A stretch of 64,000 nt of DNA, from positions 60,108 through 124,107 of the forward strand of contig JAFXFF010000044.1 of NCBI GenBank assembly GCA_017520705.1, in the 5' to 3' direction. Position 1 is the stretch's first letter; each line of letters begins with the position of its first letter. This DNA is from Clostridia bacterium (lineage in GTDB: Bacteria > Bacillota > Clostridia > Oscillospirales > Acutalibacteraceae). The translations under genes were made by a program, and so were the position numbers. Below, piece after piece: positions 47,815 to 56,536 of this stretch. The notes beneath the pieces are model-generated. The model made no database searches and had not been told where the DNA came from. It saw nothing but the letters and a program-made list of their open reading frames with translations.

Positions 47815-48175
47815 GCCAGAGGCGACGGAACGGGAGACCCGTCCCCTACGGGTTCACAACAGGGTGGTGCGATGTCTTGCGAATCGCTCGCAGTGTAGAA
47901 ACTCCCTCCGTCATCGCCTGCGGCGATGCCACCTCGCTCGCCGCGAAGCGGCCCCCTTTTGTCTGCTCTGCAGACATTTCCCCCGCAACGCGGGGGAATC
48001 TGCCCTCAAGAGAGAGGCTTACGGGGGTGGTGCGTAACAATGACAATCCCTCCGTCGGCTGACGCCGACACCCTCGCTCGCCGCGAAGCGGCCCCCCTTT
48101 GTCTGCTGTGCAGACATTTCCCCCGCTAAACGGGGGAATCACCTTTACACAAGGGAGGCGCGCCGCTGACGCGGC
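47815..48175. repeat. Large mosaic palindromic repeat element (copy G) containing a ~120-bp internal tandem duplication
   Basis: Two copies of …ccctccgtc[hairpin]c(c)acc(c)tcgctcgccgcgaagcggccccc(c)ttttgtctgctSTgcagacatttcccccgc(t)aaacgcgggggaatc…. Multiple short perfect palindromes. Confidence 0.65.
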
Positions 48176-48338
48176 TAAAGCACCCTATTCGGACAAAGTG
48201 CGAAAAAGCCGCCGTGACGGGAAGCCGTCTCCTCGCCCCGAAACAAATTATCGAAAAACGATATAAATATATTGACAAACAATAAAAGCTTTGATATTAT
48301 TGAAACAGTAAAATGTACAGAAAGGCAGGGCTGTATCC

Positions 48339-48806
48339 ATGAAAAGAAACAACATACGCATATGGTGTTTAGGGCTATGTTTGCTCTGCTGTGCCGTTCT
48401 GCTGGCTGGATGCCCCGGTTTATCTGACTGGGCATACCATCTACCCAATGCATACTCCATCGTTCGCGCCAACAACGTGGATATACGCTTGATTAAGGAA
48501 AATGACACAGGAACAGGCGGAACCACCGTTGTAGAATCGCACATAAAAGCTTTCTGTTACAACGCGTCTTTTATCGGTCTTCAAAGAGTCCCCGTAGATG
48601 ATGCAGGTGAGTTCAATGCGAATGACTATGCAGATGAGGACTTGGAATACTACCTCATAGATGCTTTCAAAGATGAGGTGCTCGGCCCATACACTTGTGA
48701 GGAGTATGCGATTCAATGTCAAGAACACAACGTCGGCGATCTGTGCGAATGGATCGGCACCGATACCAAACCCAGTGGAGAAGAACACGAGAAGCATTTG
48801 TACTAA
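48339..48806 (+). CDS. Lipoprotein of unknown function
   Basis: Signal peptide + lipobox LLAGC; Cys-rich mature part; hairpin terminator 48808-48845. Confidence 0.5.
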   Translation: MKRNNIRIWCLGLCLLCCAVLLAGCPGLSDWAYHLPNAYSIVRANNVDIRLIKENDTGTGGTTVVESHIKAFCYNASFIGLQRVPVDDAGEFNANDYADEDLEYYLIDAFKDEVLGPYTCEEYAIQCQEHNVGDLCEWIGTDTKPSGEEHEKHLY

Positions 48807-48852
48807 GCAAAAAAGGCCACCCGTGATGGGTGGCCTTTTTCTGTTATTCGAA

Positions 48853-49770
48853 TTACAGGTCAGAGAACAGGTCGGCGTTGTACTCGCCGGCGTCGATGAG
48901 CTCCTTGAAGCTGGCGACCACCAGAGGCTTATCCTCGGCGTAGGTGACGCCGAACCACTTATCGGGGGTGGGCAGCACCTTGACGGACACCTTGCCCGCC
49001 TTCAGCAGATCGCCGATGTGACCGGGCAGCAGGTACTCTGCCTTCAGCTCATTGCCCTCGATGCCCTGCAGGAAGGTGACGAAGTCGGCCTCCAGCATAG
49101 GCAGATAAGCGGGGGTCAGACCCCAGAAGTTCATGGACACGGCGCCGTCGGCATCCAGAATCTTGTCGCCGGCAGCGGCACCACCGTCGGCGGTCTTGAC
49201 GATGTCGGAGGTCTCCACCACGTCGGTGAGGTAGTTGTCGGCATTGACCTGGCACACGCCACGGGTAACGCCGCCGTTGTCGGACAGGGTGTTCTTCAGC
49301 TGGAAGCCGGCCATACAGAAGTTGGTGTCCTTGGCCTCGTTGATCAGGAACTCGTGCAGCTCCTTAAACGCCACCTTGCCGTAATAATCGTCGGCGTTGA
49401 TGACCACGAAGGGCTCGGTGAGCAGATCCTTAGCCGCCAGCACCGCCTGACCGGTGCCCCAAGGCTTGCCGCGACCCTCGGGAACGGAAAAGCCCTCGGG
49501 CAGGGCGTCCAAAGCCTGGAAAGCGTAGCCCACCTCCACGTCGTGAGCGGCGCAGATCTTCTCAATGCGGTTGCCGATGATCTCGCGGAAGTCCGCCTCA
49601 ATGTCCTTACGGATGATGAAGACGATCTTGTTAAAGCCGGCCTTGATGGCGTCGTGGATGGAATAATCCATAATGATCTCGCCGTTGGGGCCAACGGGGG
49701 CCAACTGCTTAATGCCGCCGCCGAAGCGAGAGCCGATACCGGCCGCCATAATCAGAAGAGTAGTTTTCAT
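48853..49770 (-). CDS. Sugar-1-phosphate nucleotidylyltransferase family protein (non-GalT), cotranscribed downstream of galK
   Basis: N-terminal IMAAGIGSRFGGGIKQL nucleotide-binding loop and VINADDYY; no HxHxQ HIT motif. Confidence 0.55.
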   Translation of the reverse strand: MKTTLLIMAAGIGSRFGGGIKQLAPVGPNGEIIMDYSIHDAIKAGFNKIVFIIRKDIEADFREIIGNRIEKICAAHDVEVGYAFQALDALPEGFSVPEGRGKPWGTGQAVLAAKDLLTEPFVVINADDYYGKVAFKELHEFLINEAKDTNFCMAGFQLKNTLSDNGGVTRGVCQVNADNYLTDVVETSDIVKTADGGAAAGDKILDADGAVSMNFWGLTPAYLPMLEADFVTFLQGIEGNELKAEYLLPGHIGDLLKAGKVSVKVLPTPDKWFGVTYAEDKPLVVASFKELIDAGEYNADLFSDL

Positions 49771-49796
49771 AGTGCATATCTCCTTTTCAATTAAAA

Positions 49797-51080
49797 TCAG
49801 TTGAGTTTATCTACGCAGACGCCGCCGTAGGGACGGATGTTCAGCACGTGGCAAGAGCCCTCACCGAACACCTGCTCGATGGTGGACTTGAAGGTGTCCA
49901 GCATATCCAAGGGGACGAAATTCTGGGTGGTGCCGCCGAAGCCGCCGCCGTGGACACGCCAAGCGCCGCGGCCCTCCAGCAGGCGGTGAGCCAGAGCCAA
50001 AGCCAGAGCCATACTCTGCTCGCGGACGTCGTGAACGGCGTAGACGTTCTGCAAATACTGGAAAGAGGAGTTACCGGAGGCGATGATGAGCTTTTTGAAA
50101 CCCTCGAAGTCGCCTGCCTTCAGCGCCGCCACCTGCTCCACCACGCGGTCATTCTCCTGCAGGAAGTGGATGGCACGCAGAACGGCGCGGTCGCCGTGTT
50201 CCTTACGCAGAGCGGTGATATTAGCCAGCAGAGTCTCCATATTGGTCTGGCGCAGGACCGGCACACCCAGCGAGGCGGCCACCGCCTTCATCTCGCCGGG
50301 GACGGCGGCGTACTCGTGGGTCAGGTCGGCGTGGTCGCCGCCCACATCCACGATGCACAACGCGTGACCGGTAGCGGCAAAGTCCACGTCCACCTTCTCG
50401 ATGATGGGGTTGGCGGGATCGGCGAAGTCGATGGTGATGATATTACCCACAGAGGAGGCCATCTGGTCCATCAGGCCGCAGGGCTTGCCGAAATACACGT
50501 TCTCGGTGTACTGGGCGATCTGAGCGATCTCCACGGCGCTGACCTTGCCCTCATTGTACAAATGGTTGAGGATAACGCCGATGAGCACCTCGAAGGCGGC
50601 AGAGGAGGAAAGGCCGCTACCCTTGAGCACGTTGGAGGTGGCGTAGGCGTCGAAGCCGTCGATGGCGTAGTCCAGATCGGCAAAGCGGGCGGCGGTGCCG
50701 CGAATGAGAGCGGCAGAGCCGTTCTTCTCCTCCTCCACAGGGAGCAATTCGGAAATGTCCACCTCAATGATGGGATAACCCTCGGACTGCATACGGATGC
50801 CGCCATCGGTGGGGCGCACCACGGCGATGACGTCCAGATTGACCGAACCCGCCAGCACACGGCCAAAGTTGTGGTCGGTGTGGTTGCCGCCGATCTCGGT
50901 GCGACCGGGGGCGGAGAACAAAAGCAGATCTCCCTCACCGCCGAAGGTGGCGGCAAAGCCCTCTACCGCGGCGGCGTAGCGATCGCGCTGGGCAGGCACC
51001 TGTGCCTCGCCGTAAAGCGCGGCGAAAGCGGCGTCGTAACCGCCCGAGCGAATCGTATCCAGCAAGATTTGAGCAGACAT
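49797..51080 (-). CDS. galK: Galactokinase
   Basis: GRTEIGGNHTDHNFG (galactokinase signature), GHMP ATP loop GSGLSSSAA. Confidence 0.9.
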   Translation of the reverse strand: MSAQILLDTIRSGGYDAAFAALYGEAQVPAQRDRYAAAVEGFAATFGGEGDLLLFSAPGRTEIGGNHTDHNFGRVLAGSVNLDVIAVVRPTDGGIRMQSEGYPIIEVDISELLPVEEEKNGSAALIRGTAARFADLDYAIDGFDAYATSNVLKGSGLSSSAAFEVLIGVILNHLYNEGKVSAVEIAQIAQYTENVYFGKPCGLMDQMASSVGNIITIDFADPANPIIEKVDVDFAATGHALCIVDVGGDHADLTHEYAAVPGEMKAVAASLGVPVLRQTNMETLLANITALRKEHGDRAVLRAIHFLQENDRVVEQVAALKAGDFEGFKKLIIASGNSSFQYLQNVYAVHDVREQSMALALALAHRLLEGRGAWRVHGGGFGGTTQNFVPLDMLDTFKSTIEQVFGEGSCHVLNIRPYGGVCVDKLN

Positions 51081-51221
51081 AATGTTACCTCCTCAGAGTT
51101 TTCTACTCTCATTATAATGCCTGCGCAGCAAAAGTGCAACAATTTTATTTCGGCATTTGTATGGACAAATGTTGCATCATGTGCTATACTGATCTCAGCA
51201 AGCCGTAAAGGAGGGGCACGA

Positions 51222-52046
51222 ATGGCACAAGAACGGTACCAATTCCGAGATACACTGAAGGAAAACGCAGGTCTGTCGGTATACAACACCGGCTACGAGC
51301 AATGCGCCAGCGGGCACATTTGGGGCCCTGCCCTGCGCGACCATTACCTCATCCACTACGTGGTGTCGGGAAGCGGCACTCTGCGATGCAATCAGCAGAC
51401 CTACACCGTGGGACCGGGGATGCTGTTCATCATCTTTCCCTCTCAGGTGGCCAGTTATCAGGCAGACGTCCACGACCCGTGGCAATACAACTGGGTGGGC
51501 TTTAACGGCACCGATGCCCGACGGCTGGTGAAGCTGACGGGGCTGAGCAAGGAGCAGCCCGTGTGGACCAGCGACGACCCTGAGGAGACCTGTGCCCTGC
51601 TGCGCGGTATCGCGGACGCCAGCGACAACACCGCCGCCGCCGATGCGGAGATGGTAGGGCGACTGTATCTGTTTTTGGCGCACCTGATCCACCGCAACCG
51701 CCGCCGCACTATGGGGGACACGCACCAAACCTACGTAGACAATGCGCTGCGGTACATCCAGTATAACTACGCCAGCAACATCGGTGTGGCGGATATCGCC
51801 CGCTACGTGGGCATCAGCCGCAGTCAGCTGTATCGCGCCTTTTTGCAGGATTTCGGGGTATCTCCCCACGCCTATCTGCAGACCTATCGCATCAACGAGG
51901 CCTGCAGTCTGCTCCGCGACCCCGCCTATTCGGTGACGGAGGTGGCGGGCTCGGTGGGATTCAACGATCCCTTGTATTTTTCCCGCGTATTCAAGTCCAT
52001 CAAGGGGATCACCCCATCCGACTATCAGAAAAACCGTAAACAGTGA
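51222..52046 (+). CDS. AraC family transcriptional regulator, divergent from galK
   Basis: Cupin-like N-domain + C-terminal 2xHTH (IADIARYVGISRSQLYRAF…; VTEVAGSVGFNDPLYFSRVFK). Confidence 0.85.
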   Translation: MAQERYQFRDTLKENAGLSVYNTGYEQCASGHIWGPALRDHYLIHYVVSGSGTLRCNQQTYTVGPGMLFIIFPSQVASYQADVHDPWQYNWVGFNGTDARRLVKLTGLSKEQPVWTSDDPEETCALLRGIADASDNTAAADAEMVGRLYLFLAHLIHRNRRRTMGDTHQTYVDNALRYIQYNYASNIGVADIARYVGISRSQLYRAFLQDFGVSPHAYLQTYRINEACSLLRDPAYSVTEVAGSVGFNDPLYFSRVFKSIKGITPSDYQKNRKQ

Positions 52047-52081
52047 GAAAAGCGGTGTGCCGAGGCACACCGCTTTTTCTT

Positions 52082-52789
52082 TCAGTCCGCTTTCTGCAAT
52101 TCTTCCCGCAGGCGGCGGATGATGCGCTTTTCCAAACGGGAGATGTAGGATTGGGAAATGCCCAAACGGTCCGCCACCTCCTTTTGGGTGTGCTCCTGCT
52201 CACCGCAGATGCCAAAACGCAGGCGCATAATCTGCTGCTCCCGCGGCGGCAAACGCCTCACACAGCAGAGAAGCTGCTGGCGCTCTGCCTCCGATTCCAA
52301 TTCGCGGTGTACCGTGTCGGCGTCACTGCCCAGCACGTCGGAGAGGAGCAGCTCGTTGCCGTCCCAATCCACATTGAGCGGCTCGTCGATGGAAATTTCG
52401 CTCCGCTTCTGGGCATTTTTACGCAGGTACATCAGAATCTCGTTCTCGATACAGCGAGAAGAGTAGGTGGCGAGCTTAATGTTTCTGCCGGGGCAGAAGG
52501 TGCGTACCGCCTTGATAAGGCCGATGGTGCCGATGGAGATCAGGTCCTCCAACCCCACGCCTGAGCTCTCAAACTTGCGGGCGATATACACCACCAGACG
52601 CAAATTGCGGGTGATGAGAGTATCCCGCGCCGATTCATCCCCTTCCTCCAGGCGCGCTAACACCGCCCGCTCCTCCTCGGCGGTGAGGGGCGGCGGCAGC
52701 ACCTCCGTTCCGTTGATGTAATGAATGGAATTGCGGCCCAATAGCCGCCTCCACAGCCGCCGCAAGCGGCCGATCAGCCTGTAAAGCAT
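52082..52789 (-). CDS. sigE: Sporulation sigma factor sigma-E (pro-sigma-E)
   Basis: Pro-sequence with …[16 protein letters not shown]…; [38 protein letters not shown] region 2. Confidence 0.85.
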   Translation of the reverse strand: MLYRLIGRLRRLWRRLLGRNSIHYINGTEVLPPPLTAEEERAVLARLEEGDESARDTLITRNLRLVVYIARKFESSGVGLEDLISIGTIGLIKAVRTFCPGRNIKLATYSSRCIENEILMYLRKNAQKRSEISIDEPLNVDWDGNELLLSDVLGSDADTVHRELESEAERQQLLCCVRRLPPREQQIMRLRFGICGEQEHTQKEVADRLGISQSYISRLEKRIIRRLREELQKAD

Positions 52790-52806
52790 CTTGACTTGTC
52801 ACCCTT

Positions 52807-53646
52807 TCATTCCGCATATTCTCCCAGTTCGCTGCCCATCAGGCCGCTGTATTCACCGCGGCCTAAGCGGTCACACACCGCCACGTAACATTCCGGCAGA
52901 CGGCGCTCCCCATCGCGGCGCAGCACCACAGCCGAATCGGTCAAAAACGCCGGAAGCAGGCCGCTGCCACCCAGTGTATCGTAGGGCACCAGCCGCCACC
53001 CCTTTTCCGCCGGCATCTCCTCCACAGAGGGCGGCACCGGCAACAGCTCCTCTGCCACGCCACGTTCCACCACCAGAACGGGACGACCCGAAAAGGGCTC
53101 TGTGAGGTGATTGCCGCTATCGTAGAGGCAGGGGAAGGTGACGCTGCTACCCTCGTGGGTCAGCCGTACCCGAAACAGATGCTCTGTAGGCGCGCGGCGG
53201 CGGAGAAGCTGCTCCGATAGCCACAACAGACCGTAGCACACCACTGTGAGCGCCACCAACAAAAGAGGCGGCACGGAATAGTAAACCACGCCGTTAAACA
53301 CGTAGAAGCCCTGCGGCGCCAAAAAGAAATAGAAAGCACCGCACAAGCCTGCCAAACCTGCAGAAAGGGCGAAGAGCAGCAGCACCCGTCGCCCCCAATC
53401 CTGCCACGAACGACGGCGAAAGGCCACCGTCACCATCAGCGCCGCCGCGCACAGACGGATAAGGAGGGACAGCCACACCGACAGCGGGGGCAAAAAAAGC
53501 ACGAGGCAGGACAAAGCCCCCACCAAGGCTCCCACCGCCAATCGCCAGGACTTAGCGCCGCCGCCCATGGCGCGGCGCACCCCCAACAGGAGCAGAAAAT
53601 CGATCCACCAATTCAGCGCCAGCAGAATGTCTATGTAAATCACCAT
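52807..53646 (-). CDS. spoIIGA: Sigma-E processing peptidase SpoIIGA
   Basis: MVIYIDILLALNWWIDFLLLL… 5 TM; C-terminal aspartic protease motif YDSGN. Confidence 0.8.
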   Translation of the reverse strand: MVIYIDILLALNWWIDFLLLLGVRRAMGGGAKSWRLAVGALVGALSCLVLFLPPLSVWLSLLIRLCAAALMVTVAFRRRSWQDWGRRVLLLFALSAGLAGLCGAFYFFLAPQGFYVFNGVVYYSVPPLLLVALTVVCYGLLWLSEQLLRRRAPTEHLFRVRLTHEGSSVTFPCLYDSGNHLTEPFSGRPVLVVERGVAEELLPVPPSVEEMPAEKGWRLVPYDTLGGSGLLPAFLTDSAVVLRRDGERRLPECYVAVCDRLGRGEYSGLMGSELGEYAE

Positions 53647-53817
53647 ACGCTCACTTCCCTTACCCCGTCATTATACCGCGACGGCACCGCCGATTTTTGC
53701 CGAAACGGGGCGGAGAAGAAAAAAGGGACAAGCGGGTTGTTTTCTTTTCGGGAATGTGGTATACTGGCAGGGTAAATCCTGCACTCTGTCGGTTATACTA
53801 TGGCAGAGGTGAGAGGT

Positions 53818-54246
53818 ATGACAGAAAAAGCGGCGCCCTGTGTGCTGTGGTCGTGGGTGCTGGTGTCGCTGACGGCGGCAGTGCCGCTGACCGCCCTATT
53901 GGCAGTGGCGACAAGTTACCTGCCCCCTGTATGGCGGTGGACGCTGTGGGCGGCCTGGGGCGGCGTTCTGCTCCTGTTTGGATGCGTGTATCTCCCTTTG
54001 CGGCGGCGCAATCTACGCTATGCTCTCACCGAGGACGGCATCGAAGTCACGGGAGGCGTGCTGATCTTCACCACGCGGCGCATCCGCCGCGAGGCGGTGC
54101 GGCAGGTCACCATCCTGCAGGGACCCATCGAACGGCGATGCCACACCGCATTTCTGCTGGTAAGCGGTACCGGCGGCTATCTACTGGCAGAGGGGCTTCC
54201 CGTGGCCCGGGCCGAGGACTGGTGCCGCCGTCTGTATACCCGATGA
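53818..54246 (+). CDS. YdbS-like bacterial PH-domain (bPH_2) membrane protein
   Basis: 2 TM + PH-like domain. RBS GAGGTGAGAGG. Overlaps the next gene (ATGA). Confidence 0.6.
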   Translation: MTEKAAPCVLWSWVLVSLTAAVPLTALLAVATSYLPPVWRWTLWAAWGGVLLLFGCVYLPLRRRNLRYALTEDGIEVTGGVLIFTTRRIRREAVRQVTILQGPIERRCHTAFLLVSGTGGYLLAEGLPVARAEDWCRRLYTR

Positions 54247-55643
54247 AGGCGCGGTGGGAACACCCGGCGGCCATTCCCGGGCATATCCCCTACTATTACC
54301 TGCTTTTGTTATTGCCCCTATTGCGTGGGGTACGGTATGTTCGCCTGCCCAACGGATTTCCCCGTTGGTTGCGAGGCACTTGGTTTGACGAGGCAGTCAT
54401 CGCCTCTCTGCTGGTGCTTTCCGCCGTGGCGTGGAGCAAGCGCACCTACGACGTAAACGAGCACCGTCTGCGGCTGTGCCGCGGCATCTTTTGGCAACGC
54501 ACCACCCGCATCCCCCTGCGATGGGTGACCACCCTGACGGTGGAGCGCCCCCTATGGCTGAGGCTGTTGCGGGCGGCACGGGTCAGTGCTGACACCGACG
54601 GCGGAAACCACCGTCTGGCAGACGTGCGGCTGACGGTGTGGCGGCGGCAGGCGGCACTGTTTTTGCCCGATTCGGAGCGCGGGGTGTATCTCCGTGCCAA
54701 GACGTGGCGCATGGTGCTGCTGAGTCTGCTCTCCTCCGACTCTTTCGGTGGGGTGCTGCTGCTGACGGCGGCGGTGCGGCAAAGCAGTGTTCTGCTGGGC
54801 GAAAGCATCCGGAATACCGTCATGGATAACTTAGAGGCGGCGGCGGACGCCATGGCGGCCATCCCCCGTACCGCCGCCCTGCTCATCCTCGTCCTCGCCG
54901 TCGGATGGCTGACGGGAACGGTGCGGCACCTGCTGAGGCATCTGCCCTTTGCCCTCTGCCGCCGGGAGGACACCCTGACGGTGTATATGGGTACCATCAC
55001 CAAGCGCATCCACTGCTGTGCGGTGGGGGCGGTGAACTATATCGATATTCGCCAGACGTTGGCGGCGCATATCCTGCGGCTGTACACCGTGTACATCAAC
55101 TGCACCGGCTACGGCAAGGATAAAAACACCCTGGCGGTGGTGATCCCACCCTGCCGCCGATTCCGAGAGGAATGGCAATTGCTGTTTCCCCATTTGCGGC
55201 CCTGCACCGTCACCCTACGACCCGCCAAGAGGGCATGGCTGCGGTATCTGCGATTGCCGCTGCTCCTGCTCCTGCTGTTGCCCATTGCCGGGCAGGCGGC
55301 GGGATGGGCATTCCCTGTTTGGCGGGAATTGGCGGTGTATCTGTCCATTTTAGCGGTGCTCCCCTGCCTATGGCTGGGGGCGGTGCGTATGGTAGCCTAC
55401 CACGTGACGGGTGTGGGATACCAAGAGGGGCAATACAGCCTATGCTATGCCCATCGGCTGACCCTACACCGGGTAACGGTGCCCGCCGAAAAGGTGGCGG
55501 CGGTGCACATCCGTAGGTCCCTATGGCAACGCCGACGGGGCGTGTGCGATCTATGGGTCTACAGCCATCACGAATTCCGCCGCCCCCACAAGGTGCGGCA
55601 TCTAAAATACGACGAAGTGAAACAACTGCTAAAGGAAGTGTGA
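54243..55643 (+). CDS. YdbT-like membrane protein with repeated bPH_2 domains
   Basis: Three TM/PH-domain repeats; Arg/Trp-rich. The track ORF 53697.. carries a spurious N-terminal extension. Confidence 0.6.
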   Translation: MKARWEHPAAIPGHIPYYYLLLLLPLLRGVRYVRLPNGFPRWLRGTWFDEAVIASLLVLSAVAWSKRTYDVNEHRLRLCRGIFWQRTTRIPLRWVTTLTVERPLWLRLLRAARVSADTDGGNHRLADVRLTVWRRQAALFLPDSERGVYLRAKTWRMVLLSLLSSDSFGGVLLLTAAVRQSSVLLGESIRNTVMDNLEAAADAMAAIPRTAALLILVLAVGWLTGTVRHLLRHLPFALCRREDTLTVYMGTITKRIHCCAVGAVNYIDIRQTLAAHILRLYTVYINCTGYGKDKNTLAVVIPPCRRFREEWQLLFPHLRPCTVTLRPAKRAWLRYLRLPLLLLLLLPIAGQAAGWAFPVWRELAVYLSILAVLPCLWLGAVRMVAYHVTGVGYQEGQYSLCYAHRLTLHRVTVPAEKVAAVHIRRSLWQRRRGVCDLWVYSHHEFRRPHKVRHLKYDEVKQLLKEV

Positions 55644-55647
55644 AACG

Positions 55648-56457
55648 ATGGAAACCATCCGCACCGATGAACTGGTGGCCCGCCAACTGGAGGTGGACCT
55701 CGCCACCGCCGCCGCCCTCATTATGGAGGGACGCATCTGGATCGGCAACGTGCCCGCAGAGAAGCCCGGCTCTCCCCTGCCCGCCGACACGGTAGTGACC
55801 TGCCGCGAGAAGGCGAAAAAATACGCCAGCCGCTCCGGTTACAAGCTGGAGAAGGCGTTGGCGCATTTCGGCATCGACCCCGCCCACCGCATTGTGTGCG
55901 ACATCGGCGCCAGCAACGGCGGCTTCACCGATTGCCTGCTGCAAAACGGCGCACAGCGGGTGTTTGCGGTGGACGTGGCGTACGGTATCTTGGACTATAA
56001 GCTGCGCATTGACGAGCGGGTGACCGTTTTGGAGCGCACCAACGCCCGCAACCTCACCCTGGAGCAGTTGGGCGGCACCGTCTGCGATATGGTGACGGTG
56101 GACGTGTCCTTTATCTCCCTCAAGAAGATCTATCCCGCCATCCATCGGGTGCTCAAAGAGGGCGGCGAGGTGGTGACGCTGATCAAGCCCCAGTTTGAGG
56201 CCAAGCAGAAGGAGCTGGGCAAAAACGGCATTCTCCGCGACCCTGCGGCGACACTGCCGCCTCTGATGGCGGAGCTGTTCCAGTCGGCGGCGGAGAACGG
56301 GCTGACGGTGCTGGGGCTGACGGTATCCCCCATCCACGGCACCAACGGCAACGTGGAGTATCTGGCCCACTATCGGCACACCGCACCCTCTGAAGAGGAG
56401 ATGGCGGCCTATCCTGACACGGTAGAGGCTGTGATGGGGTTACAGCCGGACGTGTGA
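55648..56457 (+). CDS. tlyA: TlyA family rRNA 2'-O-methyltransferase
   Basis: S4 domain N-terminus + FtsJ fold (VCDIGASNGGFTDCLL; DVSFISL). Confidence 0.85.
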   Translation: METIRTDELVARQLEVDLATAAALIMEGRIWIGNVPAEKPGSPLPADTVVTCREKAKKYASRSGYKLEKALAHFGIDPAHRIVCDIGASNGGFTDCLLQNGAQRVFAVDVAYGILDYKLRIDERVTVLERTNARNLTLEQLGGTVCDMVTVDVSFISLKKIYPAIHRVLKEGGEVVTLIKPQFEAKQKELGKNGILRDPAATLPPLMAELFQSAAENGLTVLGLTVSPIHGTNGNVEYLAHYRHTAPSEEEMAAYPDTVEAVMGLQPDV

Positions 56458-56536
56458 GTCCCTTCCATCACCACCGAAAAAAGAATGTTCTAAACAAGCC
56501 TAAAAGAGCCTCGGCGTCTGCCGAGGCTCTTTTGAA

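Noticed and set aside
53697-54242. N-terminal 180-aa extension of the ydbT-like ORF (53697..55643)
   Set aside because: It overlaps the better-supported ydbS-like gene in another frame and is Arg/Gly-rich without RBS. The ATG at 54243 overlapping the ydbS stop (ATGA) is the likely start.
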